In this document: positions 29,389-38,103 of the stretch, piece after piece
How positions within the stretch are numbered: position 1 is the stretch's first letter
Layout: each line of letters starts with the position of its first letter
The notes under the pieces: generated by a model
The model's database searches: none
What the model was told of the DNA's origin: nothing
The model's input: the letters and a program-made list of their open reading frames with translations, nothing else
Origin: a virus
Taxonomy: Duplodnaviria; Caudoviricetes
Length of the DNA: 64,000 nt
Strand: one strand, 5' to 3'
Virus record (IMG/VR): IMGVR_UViG_3300012979_000030
Coordinates: 32,001-96,000 of that record
Translations under genes and position numbers: made by a program

Positions 29389-30046
29389 TTATTCTGTCCT
29401 CTGCTAATTTAAAATAATTAATATCTTTTTCAATACCTATGAAATCATAACCAAGTTCTTTACAAGCAACTCCTGTTGTTCCACTACCCATAAATGGGTC
29501 AACAATAGTATAATCTTTTGGAAGTATTCCTACAATATTTTTCATAACCTCTAATGGCATGACACATGGATGATTAATACCATTCTTCCCTTTACTAACA
29601 TTTTTTACTTGATTGATATTCCACCAATCATACAATTTTGAACCAATAATACCTCTTGCAATTCTTTCTTTAATCCTTTTATCATTAGGATTTTTATATG
29701 GTTGCCTTACCTGATTAAAGTTTGGTTTTACACCAAAGAAGGCAATGTCCCTATGCTGTTTAGCAGTATTGCTATTATATACCCAACTAACAACTCTTTC
29801 TGGAAATATTCCCATTTGAAATGACAATTTATATAATGATTCAGGGTAATGAACAATAACGGATGGACATTTAGAAAAAATATCTCCAATCCACTCATAA
29901 TATTCATCTTCTTTCATATTATCACTATATGATGAATAATGATAACCAATATTAAATGGTGGATCAGAAACCATAATACATTTTGTTAAATCCAAATTTG
30001 ATAAAACATTATTACAATCATTATTATATAAAGTTATTTTACTCAT
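29375..30046 (-). CDS. N6A/N4C methyltransferase (beta class, DPPF)
   Basis: SDPPF...HPCVMP...VDPFMGSGTTG. Confidence 0.92.
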   Translation of the reverse strand: MSKITLYNNDCNNVLSNLDLTKCIMVSDPPFNIGYHYSSYSDNMKEDEYYEWIGDIFSKCPSVIVHYPESLYKLSFQMGIFPERVVSWVYNSNTAKQHRDIAFFGVKPNFNQVRQPYKNPNDKRIKERIARGIIGSKLYDWWNINQVKNVSKGKNGINHPCVMPLEVMKNIVGILPKDYTIVDPFMGSGTTGVACKELGYDFIGIEKDINYFKLAEDRINESN

Positions 30047-30069
30047 ATATTTCTCATTAATATTAGAAG

Positions 30070-30411
30070 TTAGATATTTGATATTACACGTTTACCACTA
30101 TCAATTAATCTATTCATTATAAATTGTGTAGTAGAATCATTATTATTGATAATACCATAATCACAATCATTAATCAAATATTTAATAACCTCTAATTCAT
30201 TTGAGCATAAAATGTTTTTATAAAAGATGTTTTTATAATTTGAATTTCTCTCAAATCCATAATGATATACAATACATTCAATATTATTATTAATACAATA
30301 TTTTATATTATCATCTATGTATCTAAAATCATCAATGATAATTATAACATCATTTGGTGATATATTCTTTGATTTTGATATATCACCATAAATAAAAATT
30401 TTCTTGCACAT
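30070..30411 (-). CDS. Hypothetical protein, weakly SLOG-like
   Basis: KIFIYG...DCDYGII...TQFIMNRL..SGKRV resembles a degenerate SLOG/YspA fold. Confidence 0.4.
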   Translation of the reverse strand: MCKKIFIYGDISKSKNISPNDVIIIIDDFRYIDDNIKYCINNNIECIVYHYGFERNSNYKNIFYKNILCSNELEVIKYLINDCDYGIINNNDSTTQFIMNRLIDSGKRVISNI

Positions 30412-30414
30412 ATA

Positions 30415-31017
30415 TTAATACTCCAATAAACCCATTTCAAGAACTTTTTGAATTGCTTGAATTCTATTTACTACACCCAATTTTCTAAAAATTATTGTCA
30501 TATGTGCTTTAACTGTTGCCTCTGTAATATTCATATCATATGCAATTTGTTTGTTTGAAGATCCTAATCTCAAATGTTTAACAATTTTCAATTGCTGTTT
30601 AGAAAGTAATGTCTTTGTTGTATATGGGAGTAATTCACTTGGATAATAATTATCACCCATTAACAGTAATGACAAAATTGACTTAATTTTTGCTATCGAA
30701 TATTTTTTACACAATAATCCATTTGCATTAAACTCCATAAATTTCTTAACATCATCTGCACAAAATGATGATGCCATAAAAACAATCATACATTCAGGAT
30801 TATGTTGTTTAATTATTGGGCAAACATATGATATATCCAAACTTCTGTGTTTTGATATAAAAACAATGTCAAAGTCATAATTAGTTAAACTTTTTTCTAC
30901 ATCATCATATAAAATGCATTTATTAATATTAATATTTGGGTTTATTTCTTTCATCAATCCACTTAAACCCTCTGCAAACAATTCTTCTTCATAAACAATT
31001 AATACATTTTCTATCAT
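30415..31017 (-). CDS. NarL/LuxR-family response regulator with atypical receiver domain
   Basis: REC-like N-terminus; HTH LSKQQ...GSSNKQIAYDMNITEATVKAHMTIIFRKLGVVNRIQA. Confidence 0.88.
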   Translation of the reverse strand: MIENVLIVYEEELFAEGLSGLMKEINPNININKCILYDDVEKSLTNYDFDIVFISKHRSLDISYVCPIIKQHNPECMIVFMASSFCADDVKKFMEFNANGLLCKKYSIAKIKSILSLLLMGDNYYPSELLPYTTKTLLSKQQLKIVKHLRLGSSNKQIAYDMNITEATVKAHMTIIFRKLGVVNRIQAIQKVLEMGLLEY

Positions 31018-31284
31018 TTAAACTCCATTTTAACATTGTTATTTACATTTATTATTCAAAAAAATTTTACTAATTAAAACACCTTTTGTCAAAATAATAC
31101 TTTAATACTATATATATTACAACCAAAGTAGTATAGTATTAAATATAATATTGTTATTTATACTAATAAATCAAAATTATTTAGATTTAGATAAGATGAT
31201 TTATTCTACTTATAAAATTAGTAGAAAAAATATTTTTTCTTTATTTTTCAATAACTTAATTATAAAACATCTTTCAATCATCAT

Positions 31285-31292
31285 TATAAATA
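31285..31292 (+). promoter_or_regulatory. T4-type late promoter TATAAATA
   Basis: Exact motif 22 nt upstream of the ATG at 31315. Confidence 0.5.
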
Positions 31293-31314
31293 ATTATGTT
31301 GAAGGAGAAAAACT

Positions 31315-31773
31315 ATGAATACATCTTATGAAAAATTTTCATTTTACAATAACTACTTTGGTGGAACAATTGAGGGTGATAATATATATTCAACTGATTT
31401 TTATGGTAATAAACATTTAGTTGGAGTTACATCAAAGAAACACCAAGAGACAATGGACTTATTAAACACATATTATAACAAATTAATAGAATTGGGTGTT
31501 ATTGAAAAAGAAAAAACAGCAGAAGACATAGCGAAAGAACAACAACAAATGATGCAACTTATGATGCAACAAATGGAAAGCATGCAAAGGGCATTAAACG
31601 ATTTGCAACATGAAAGCAAACCAAATCACAATGAAGGAGAGGCAAATGAATATGAATCAAATAACAAATCTATTAACACAGAAATTAAATCTGAACAAGG
31701 ACCAACAAACAAATTTGAGTCAATCAATAGAAAAAGCAAGGGAGATTCTAAATTCAGTAAACAATCCAACTGA
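31315..31773 (+). CDS. Hypothetical protein with a Q/M-rich coiled coil
   Basis: AAGGAG RBS; EQQQMMQLMMQQMESMQ. Confidence 0.75.
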   Translation: MNTSYEKFSFYNNYFGGTIEGDNIYSTDFYGNKHLVGVTSKKHQETMDLLNTYYNKLIELGVIEKEKTAEDIAKEQQQMMQLMMQQMESMQRALNDLQHESKPNHNEGEANEYESNNKSINTEIKSEQGPTNKFESINRKSKGDSKFSKQSN

Positions 31774-32029
31774 AGCTTTATCAAAAGCAAATGTTGATCC
31801 AAGTTTTTTGAATAATATTAGAGGATATTTGAATAACCCAATGGCTTCTATGATATTACCAATGATTGGTTTGAATAAATCTGTTGTATTACAAAAAATA
31901 GACACATTAGAAAGGATGATGAACAAAGATAGAGTGGCAATTCCATCTAATGATTCTAACAAATCATCACCCTATGTGGGTGGGGGTGATGATTTAGAAA
32001 GATTTAGACGAGGTATAAAATCTTTCTAA
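31646..32029 (+). CDS. Hypothetical helical protein
   Basis: ATG 31646 after GGAGAGG; overlaps the upstream gene by about 128 nt. Confidence 0.65.
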   Translation: MNMNQITNLLTQKLNLNKDQQTNLSQSIEKAREILNSVNNPTEALSKANVDPSFLNNIRGYLNNPMASMILPMIGLNKSVVLQKIDTLERMMNKDRVAIPSNDSNKSSPYVGGGDDLERFRRGIKSF

Positions 32030-32077
32030 AAAACACTCACAACATATGTAATCATTTTATATTAATAGGAGGGCAAA

Positions 32078-32662
32078 ATGAATGAAATGATAACAAATAA
32101 TGATGGAACTTTTAGTTGGGGTTGGATTATTTTCTTAATCTTAATTTTATGGTTCTTTGTAGGTGGCGGATTCGGTGGTTTTGGCGGATTCGGTGGTTAT
32201 GGAAACAGAGCTGGTGCATTCTTGGCAGGTGATTTATATGGTCAATCAGTTGCTCACGGTGCAGGAAATCATGAAGTAGAAAGACGTGGTTTAGTAACAG
32301 CTGCTGATACAAATTACAGAATCATTGAACAAGCACAACAAACAAGAGATGTTGTTTCAGCAACAGCACAAGCAACACAAGCAAAAATTGATTTCTATGC
32401 ATACCAAGATTTAAGAGATAAATTATCTGAATCACAAAGAGAAAATATGATGTTGCAAAACAAATTGTATTCAGATGCTAAATTTGGTGCAATTGAAACA
32501 CAATTGGCTTCTATCGCTTGTAAAATGGCAAAACAACCAGAAATTTATGCTACAAGTGCTGTATGTCCTAATGCTGCAGTAATTAATGGATTAGGATTTA
32601 ATGGTTATGCAACACCTTATCCATATAGTGGTTGTGGTTGTAATGGAAATGTATTATCATAA
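32078..32662 (+). CDS. Membrane protein with Gly/Phe-rich segment, coiled coil and CGC tail
   Basis: WGWIIFLILILWFF-GGGFGGFGGFGGYG...coiled coil...YPYSGCGCNG; AGGAGG RBS. Confidence 0.8.
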   Translation: MNEMITNNDGTFSWGWIIFLILILWFFVGGGFGGFGGFGGYGNRAGAFLAGDLYGQSVAHGAGNHEVERRGLVTAADTNYRIIEQAQQTRDVVSATAQATQAKIDFYAYQDLRDKLSESQRENMMLQNKLYSDAKFGAIETQLASIACKMAKQPEIYATSAVCPNAAVINGLGFNGYATPYPYSGCGCNGNVLS

Positions 32663-32677
32663 AATTAACTAACACAT

Positions 32678-32708
32678 CAAGAGGTGGTGATAATCCACCA
32701 CCTCTTTT
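32678..32708 (+). terminator. Intrinsic terminator/attenuator
   Basis: AAGAGGTGG...CCACCTCTT followed by TTT. Confidence 0.7.
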
Positions 32709-32730
32709 GATTTAACATAAGGAGTAAAAA

Positions 32731-33066
32731 ATGAATTGTGATATATTACATATAAAAAGCACTGCAATTTCATATACAGCAGCAACAGACACAGTTCCAT
32801 CAAATTTAACGATTACAATACCAACTGTTACATTAACAAATGGTCAAGTATTTACATTAAATTTATGTCAATCAATACCGACTATTACACCAGGTGATAA
32901 TCCACAAGTATTGATTACAGATGGGGCATCAACATATAACTTATATTTACAAATGGGTAATTATGTAAGGGGTGCAGGATTAAAATGCCGTAAAAGATTA
33001 ACTTTGGTATATGGTACTGATCCATCACATATTACAGTATTATCACCTTGTTTAAAGAGTTATTAG
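32731..33066 (+). CDS. Hypothetical beta-rich protein
   Basis: AAGGAG RBS; Thr-rich, with 4 Cys. Confidence 0.7.
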   Translation: MNCDILHIKSTAISYTAATDTVPSNLTITIPTVTLTNGQVFTLNLCQSIPTITPGDNPQVLITDGASTYNLYLQMGNYVRGAGLKCRKRLTLVYGTDPSHITVLSPCLKSY

Positions 33067-33080
33067 TTTGAGGTGAGAGT

Positions 33081-33431
33081 ATGAGTTGTAATTTTAATGT
33101 TAAAAAATGTATAAATTGTCAAAAATATAATGGTTGTTTGTTACAAACAATATATTCAAACATGAATAAAATGTCCAATGTTGTTGACACTATTATTCAA
33201 AATCAAAAAATACTAGAGCAGAGTATAGATGAGATTAATAATTCAACACAAACAGATGATTTAAATATATTAAATCAAAAAGTGGATAGTTTAAACAATA
33301 CAGTAAAAACAATAACACAAAAAAATCAAACATATGATATTGAGACAATTACAACATCTTTAACAACATTAGAATTAAAAGTCGATACATTATTAAAATC
33401 AACAAACTTGTTGATTAATGGGGGGCTATAA
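33081..33431 (+). CDS. Cys-cluster plus coiled-coil protein
   Basis: CNFNVKKCINCQKYNGC followed by heptad repeats; GAGG RBS. Confidence 0.7.
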   Translation: MSCNFNVKKCINCQKYNGCLLQTIYSNMNKMSNVVDTIIQNQKILEQSIDEINNSTQTDDLNILNQKVDSLNNTVKTITQKNQTYDIETITTSLTTLELKVDTLLKSTNLLINGGL

Positions 33432-33643
33432 TGTTTGGTTTTTTAAGAGACATGCTAATAGGTTGGATAATATTTACACCAGAAGGGAAAGATGTTGCAA
33501 ATAAAGTATTCACCAAAACATATAATCAACTTAAAAAAAATATTGTTAAATCTGAACAATTTAAGGAGATTATTAATATAAAAAATGTCATATTAGATGG
33601 GGGCAAAAATGAATCTAAATCTAACGACAGAACAAAAAATTGA
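33431..33643 (+). CDS. Small protein with a hydrophobic N-terminus
   Basis: GFLRDMLIGWIIFTPEGK; translationally coupled (TAATG). Confidence 0.65.
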   Translation: MFGFLRDMLIGWIIFTPEGKDVANKVFTKTYNQLKKNIVKSEQFKEIINIKNVILDGGKNESKSNDRTKN

Positions 33644-33860
33644 TGTTATTTATAATGAAACAATCAATGGTGGAAAATTCTTAGACCTTCTAAATGTCAT
33701 CTCTGTTGCATTGGGATTTTACAACTCATACTTAAACCAACAACAAATTGGTAACAATACAATTATGGAAGAATTGGATAAACAAGATAAGTTGTACTTT
33801 GATAAAATTATTAAACTACTTGAACAAATATTAGGAGAAAAGAATGATGATGCAAAATAA
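33609..33860 (+). CDS. Hypothetical protein
   Basis: FLDLLNVISVALGFYN...MEELDKQD..YFDKIIK; ATG 33609. Confidence 0.65.
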   Translation: MNLNLTTEQKIDVIYNETINGGKFLDLLNVISVALGFYNSYLNQQQIGNNTIMEELDKQDKLYFDKIIKLLEQILGEKNDDAK

Positions 33861-34098
33861 TCAATTAAGAAATGTCATTCACCAAGAAAGAAAGGAAGAT
33901 ATCAAAGTTGATGATGTTGTTACTGAAAAAGAAATTGAGACAACACATATATCATCAGAATCTATGGTGGAACTTGCTAAAATGGTTTCATCTATGATAG
34001 AATCTTCACCAACTTATAGTGAAAAACATTTGCATGAAAAATATCATGAATTGGATAAACGTATTGCAATTTGTGAGGCATTAATTCATGCTAAGTAA
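33844..34098 (+). CDS. Hypothetical protein
   Basis: AGGAG RBS; last gene before the terminator. Confidence 0.65.
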   Translation: MMMQNNQLRNVIHQERKEDIKVDDVVTEKEIETTHISSESMVELAKMVSSMIESSPTYSEKHLHEKYHELDKRIAICEALIHAK

Positions 34099-34127
34099 AA
34101 ATAGGGGGAATATTCCCCCTATTTTTT
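34098..34127. terminator. Bidirectional terminator
   Basis: AAAATAGGGGAAT/ATTCCCCCTATTTT between convergent genes. Confidence 0.75.
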
Positions 34128-35613
34128 ATTTTGTTGTTGTTCTAACCTCTATCATTTGCCTACCATTATCAATCTTTGTTTTATTTGTCATAAACCCGGT
34201 TAATACAGTTGTATTCCAACGATTTTGCTCTCGTGGAACAGCCAACCAATCAACTGCCGCTTTTGTGGCATTATAGGGTCCGTAAGGGTTAGATGAAATT
34301 GGAGCTTTTAAAACACCACCAGTTGTTGTGCTTGGTGTAGCACCCTCAGGTCTTTGATACCAATAAAGTTTGTTTGCAGTGAAAGTTCTGTGATAAACGT
34401 TTGAATCGCCATCAACAATAAATGGTTCAATAACTTCTTGAATTTCAGGTTCTCCTGACTCACTAGAAAATCCACACATTAAAGTTGTTCCATCACTTAA
34501 GTCAAAAGAGAATGTGTTATCATAAAAACACTGCATTTTGTAAATGCTTCTATTACCTATTTCATTAATAATATTTTGAGGGTAACTGTTTATTTCAACT
34601 GTTGAACCAACACCGTTTGGTGTTATGTAAAATTTTACATATCTGTTAGCACATATCAAATATTTGTTAAAACCACCTTCAACATCAACCTTACCCTTAC
34701 ATTCAAAAACCAAGTATCCGCTTTTTCCTGTTATTGAAGTGTAACCACTTAGGGTGTTGGTGAATAAGGATGATGTTGTAACCGTTCCATCTTCTCTGTT
34801 AAGAACACATTTTGTTAACTCCCAATTTTGATAACTTGAATCTTTTGGATAGTAAATATAGTAAGTTGCATCTCCATCAGATATTCCAAAAATATTGGTA
34901 TCAAGAACACTTCCTGTTAAATAGTCACTAAGATTAAATGATTCATATTCATTGACATTGATGTTATCATTCTTATAAAGAACAAGTGAAATCTTGCTTG
35001 TGGAATTTGAGATATAACCATCGTCAGTTAATACTGTGCAATTTGTTGAAGGAAGGAGATAATTACCACCATAAATAACATCATATGTGTAAAACACAAA
35101 TCCACTACTTCCAAACCCCATAGGCTTACCATCAGTGTTTTTTGAACCCTCAACAACAACATTACCATTTTTATAGAACCAAGTTATCAGCTGTCCTCTT
35201 TTTTCAACTGTTCCGTTAGTGCTGCGATACCCAGAGTTAGCGTCTACAACACCATTTACAATGTCATATCTTAATTTATGGGTTCCAGAAGTTTGTATAG
35301 CATAATTCGAGTTGTTTGTTGCATATACTGCATAACCATTTTCTGTGAGTAATGAAACTCTAACTTCTGGAGATAATGTATCACTTCCTGTAGCTTGATA
35401 ACCCACATTTGTCAACAACACCCTTTTACCATCTTCAACATCTGAACCATTATAATATGCCCATATAGTTTCAACTGATGGTTTTGACTCAATAGTTGTT
35501 TGCAAATTGTCTAAATTTTTTTCAGTTGGAATGCTAGCACCACTCTCTTCCAATAACTTATAAACATTATCAATTTTAACCTTAACTTCTTGCAATGCAT
35601 CACTAATGCTCAT
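34126..35613 (-). CDS. Putative receptor-binding/tail protein
   Basis: N-terminal SISDALQEV...GASIPTEKNLDNLQTTIES anchor typical of phage fibre proteins; beta-rich body. Confidence 0.6.
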   Translation of the reverse strand: MSISDALQEVKVKIDNVYKLLEESGASIPTEKNLDNLQTTIESKPSVETIWAYYNGSDVEDGKRVLLTNVGYQATGSDTLSPEVRVSLLTENGYAVYATNNSNYAIQTSGTHKLRYDIVNGVVDANSGYRSTNGTVEKRGQLITWFYKNGNVVVEGSKNTDGKPMGFGSSGFVFYTYDVIYGGNYLLPSTNCTVLTDDGYISNSTSKISLVLYKNDNINVNEYESFNLSDYLTGSVLDTNIFGISDGDATYYIYYPKDSSYQNWELTKCVLNREDGTVTTSSLFTNTLSGYTSITGKSGYLVFECKGKVDVEGGFNKYLICANRYVKFYITPNGVGSTVEINSYPQNIINEIGNRSIYKMQCFYDNTFSFDLSDGTTLMCGFSSESGEPEIQEVIEPFIVDGDSNVYHRTFTANKLYWYQRPEGATPSTTTGGVLKAPISSNPYGPYNATKAAVDWLAVPREQNRWNTTVLTGFMTNKTKIDNGRQMIEVRTTTK

Positions 35614-35614
35614 A

Positions 35615-35911
35615 TTATAACTCCCTAATTGCGGTTTCTATATCACCAATCATCTCATCTATTTCTGATTTTGTATAGACATCTGTTTTGTCCATCTTTG
35701 TTTCAAGTGTTTTTAAAATAGTATCTACCTGTGAATTTATATCAGAAACATCTGTTTCAAAATATTTAAGTTTATTATATTCATCAGTTCCATTACCAAT
35801 TTTAATTTTATTTGTATCAGATTCAATCCCCAATTCACCATTTGATAATATTGGATTATATGTTTTCCAATTTGTCTTTGTATCCCTTCTTAATAAAATC
35901 CTAACTGCCAT
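35615..35911 (-). CDS. Stand-alone Mtd_N-like tail protein
   Basis: RILLRRDTKTNW..NPILSNGELGIESDT.KIKIGNG (paralogue of the 8894 N-terminus); VYTKSEID motif. Confidence 0.75.
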   Translation of the reverse strand: MAVRILLRRDTKTNWKTYNPILSNGELGIESDTNKIKIGNGTDEYNKLKYFETDVSDINSQVDTILKTLETKMDKTDVYTKSEIDEMIGDIETAIREL

Positions 35912-35994
35912 ATTTATTCTCCATATAATAAATCATTTATATCTTCATTTCTTGTTTTATACAACAAGTTTTTTATTCTGAATCATTTTCCACC

Positions 35995-36522
35995 TCAGAA
36001 TCTTTTTGTCTCTGTTGATTGTTCCGGATAAGGGTGTTCCTCTTTAATCCTTGCAACTTCCACAGAGTTTGGATATTTAGCTTTAATCCATTCATCATAA
36101 GTCAATGGATTTTGCAACCACCAATTTTTTGATTTAGTGTAATCTAATAGATACACACGATATTCACCAATGACAGTTTTTTCTTCTTCTGAAACTTCTG
36201 CCCATTGAAATGGGGATTTTGCACGATTGTCAACATACTGGACAAGAAATGCATCACGCACTTGACAAACGTGATATTTTAATTCTTCATCAGATGACAA
36301 TGAGGTTTCACCCTCAACAAAATAGGCAATAATTTTATTGTTTTCAATTTTATACCTTTTTTGAGGATTTTTTAACTCACCAGAATTGTCAGAATCAATA
36401 AATGTCAAATAGCTATCTCTTAAAAGCTGTTCTGAATTTGTGTCAGAATTATAGTTTATTACTCCATCCTTTTCATAAGGTGGGAAAAGAATAGCTGTTT
36501 CGTTTACATATTTTGCATACAT
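35995..36522 (-). CDS. Tail-fibre assembly chaperone-like protein
   Basis: VRDAFL...W...EYRVYLLD motif; follows the RCC1 gene. Confidence 0.55.
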   Translation of the reverse strand: MYAKYVNETAILFPPYEKDGVINYNSDTNSEQLLRDSYLTFIDSDNSGELKNPQKRYKIENNKIIAYFVEGETSLSSDEELKYHVCQVRDAFLVQYVDNRAKSPFQWAEVSEEEKTVIGEYRVYLLDYTKSKNWWLQNPLTYDEWIKAKYPNSVEVARIKEEHPYPEQSTETKRF

Positions 36523-36525
36523 ACA

Positions 36526-37725
36526 TTACCTCCTTTTTGTAAATATTGAAACATTATTTGTGTCACCACTACCTTGCTGACCATGTTCGCCTCTACCAGC
36601 ACCGTATAATTCAAACTTGTTTGTTAAATACCATGTTACACAACTTTCAGCTATCACAGACTTTACATTGCTACCACAAAAACCAAATGAATTCATATCG
36701 CCCGTTCTACCCTGTTGTCCGTATAAACTATAACCACACCCGTATAAATCATCGTTTGAATCTATATAAAATGTTGTATTAGAAGAAGCAGAAATATATT
36801 TAACGTTGCTTAATTTTTTTGTAAATGTTTTAACATGGGTTGAAGCTCCTGAAGTACCTATTCCTTGCTGACCTTGGTCGTTACTCCCACAACCGTATAG
36901 ATCATCTGAATTAGTTATGTACCAACTTGTATGAGTAGAACAATAAAAATCCTTGACGTTGCTAGCACGTTTCGTAAATGTGTAAACATGCGATGTTGAA
37001 CCATTGCCTTGCTGACCGTTAGATCCATTTCCTGTTCCATATAAATCACCTGAATTAGTTAAATACCATGTTGTCGAACCGCTGGCTACAAATTTTTTGA
37101 CGTTACTTGCTCTCTTGGTGAAATTTAGAACATTATTGCTGTTACCGCTCCCTTGAGCACCTGCAAAACCCTGACCGCAACCATATAAATCGCCTGAATT
37201 AGTTAAATACCATGTTCCTGGGAAAAAATCCTTGACGTTACTTGCACGTTTCGTAAAGGTTAAAACATTATTTGTATTACCACTCCCTTGCTGACCAGCT
37301 GAATTAGCACCGCACCCGTATAGATCACCATCGTTTGTCAAATACCACGTTTGGTTCACCGTACAAGCAACCTTTTTGACGTTGCTAGCTCTTTTTGTGA
37401 AAATTAAAACATTATTTGTATCACCACTACCTTGCTGACCAGCTGAATTATCACCGCAACCATATAAATCGCCATCATTTGTAACATAAAATGTAGTGTT
37501 ATATGAGCAAGAGAATTGTTTTACATTAATGGCACGTTTCGTGAATGTGAGTACTTTATTAGTATTTCCAGATTCGCCATTGCCTTGTTGACCATAATTG
37601 CCATAACCACACCCATATAACTCACCTTTTTTTGTCAAATACCATGCGGTGAACTGAGTACCGTAATAATCTGTGATTAAAAAAGAACCACCGCCCAATA
37701 ATAATTTTTTGCTAAATATTTCCAT
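36526..37725 (-). CDS. RCC1/BLIP-II-type beta-propeller repeat protein (8 repeats)
   Basis: About 48-aa repeats TWYLTxxGDLYGCGxxxxGQQG...FTKRASNVK; ATG 37725 coupled to the upstream stop. Confidence 0.85.
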   Translation of the reverse strand: MEIFSKKLLLGGGSFLITDYYGTQFTAWYLTKKGELYGCGYGNYGQQGNGESGNTNKVLTFTKRAINVKQFSCSYNTTFYVTNDGDLYGCGDNSAGQQGSGDTNNVLIFTKRASNVKKVACTVNQTWYLTNDGDLYGCGANSAGQQGSGNTNNVLTFTKRASNVKDFFPGTWYLTNSGDLYGCGQGFAGAQGSGNSNNVLNFTKRASNVKKFVASGSTTWYLTNSGDLYGTGNGSNGQQGNGSTSHVYTFTKRASNVKDFYCSTHTSWYITNSDDLYGCGSNDQGQQGIGTSGASTHVKTFTKKLSNVKYISASSNTTFYIDSNDDLYGCGYSLYGQQGRTGDMNSFGFCGSNVKSVIAESCVTWYLTNKFELYGAGRGEHGQQGSGDTNNVSIFTKRR

Positions 37726-38093
37726 TATGCACCTGCTTTCTTCAAAGAACCAACAACCCATACAGAGTGAACATTGTCATATTCATAAATAATTGTGTAA
37801 TATCCAACCTCACTAATATCAGGAACTTCCCCACCAAAATAGATTGTTGTTCCTAAATTTATTGTATAAACACTTGGCATATAAAGTTGAACTTCTATTT
37901 GATTTAAAACACCAGGTGTAGGCTGAGGTAATGAAAAAGTAACATTACCAGAAAGTGTTAATGTGTAAATCTTATTAATTGTTAGGTTAACAGTTGAAGA
38001 ATATATCAAAGATGTTGTTGGTTGGTTTAAAACATCTTCTCTTATTTCATCAATATTTAATCTTGAAGTATTAACTTTACTTAAATCATTCAT
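37725..38093 (-). CDS. Small tail-fibre-type beta domain protein
   Basis: IYTLTLSGNVTFSLP...YFGGEVPD...YEYD...WVVG. Confidence 0.6.
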   Translation of the reverse strand: MNDLSKVNTSRLNIDEIREDVLNQPTTSLIYSSTVNLTINKIYTLTLSGNVTFSLPQPTPGVLNQIEVQLYMPSVYTINLGTTIYFGGEVPDISEVGYYTIIYEYDNVHSVWVVGSLKKAGA

Positions 38094-38103
38094 TTTTATA
38101 TCC

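Noticed and set aside
19977-30046. Restriction-modification or BREX/DISARM defence island
   Set aside because: No nuclease, helicase, PglZ or specificity subunit among the MTases; the context is phage
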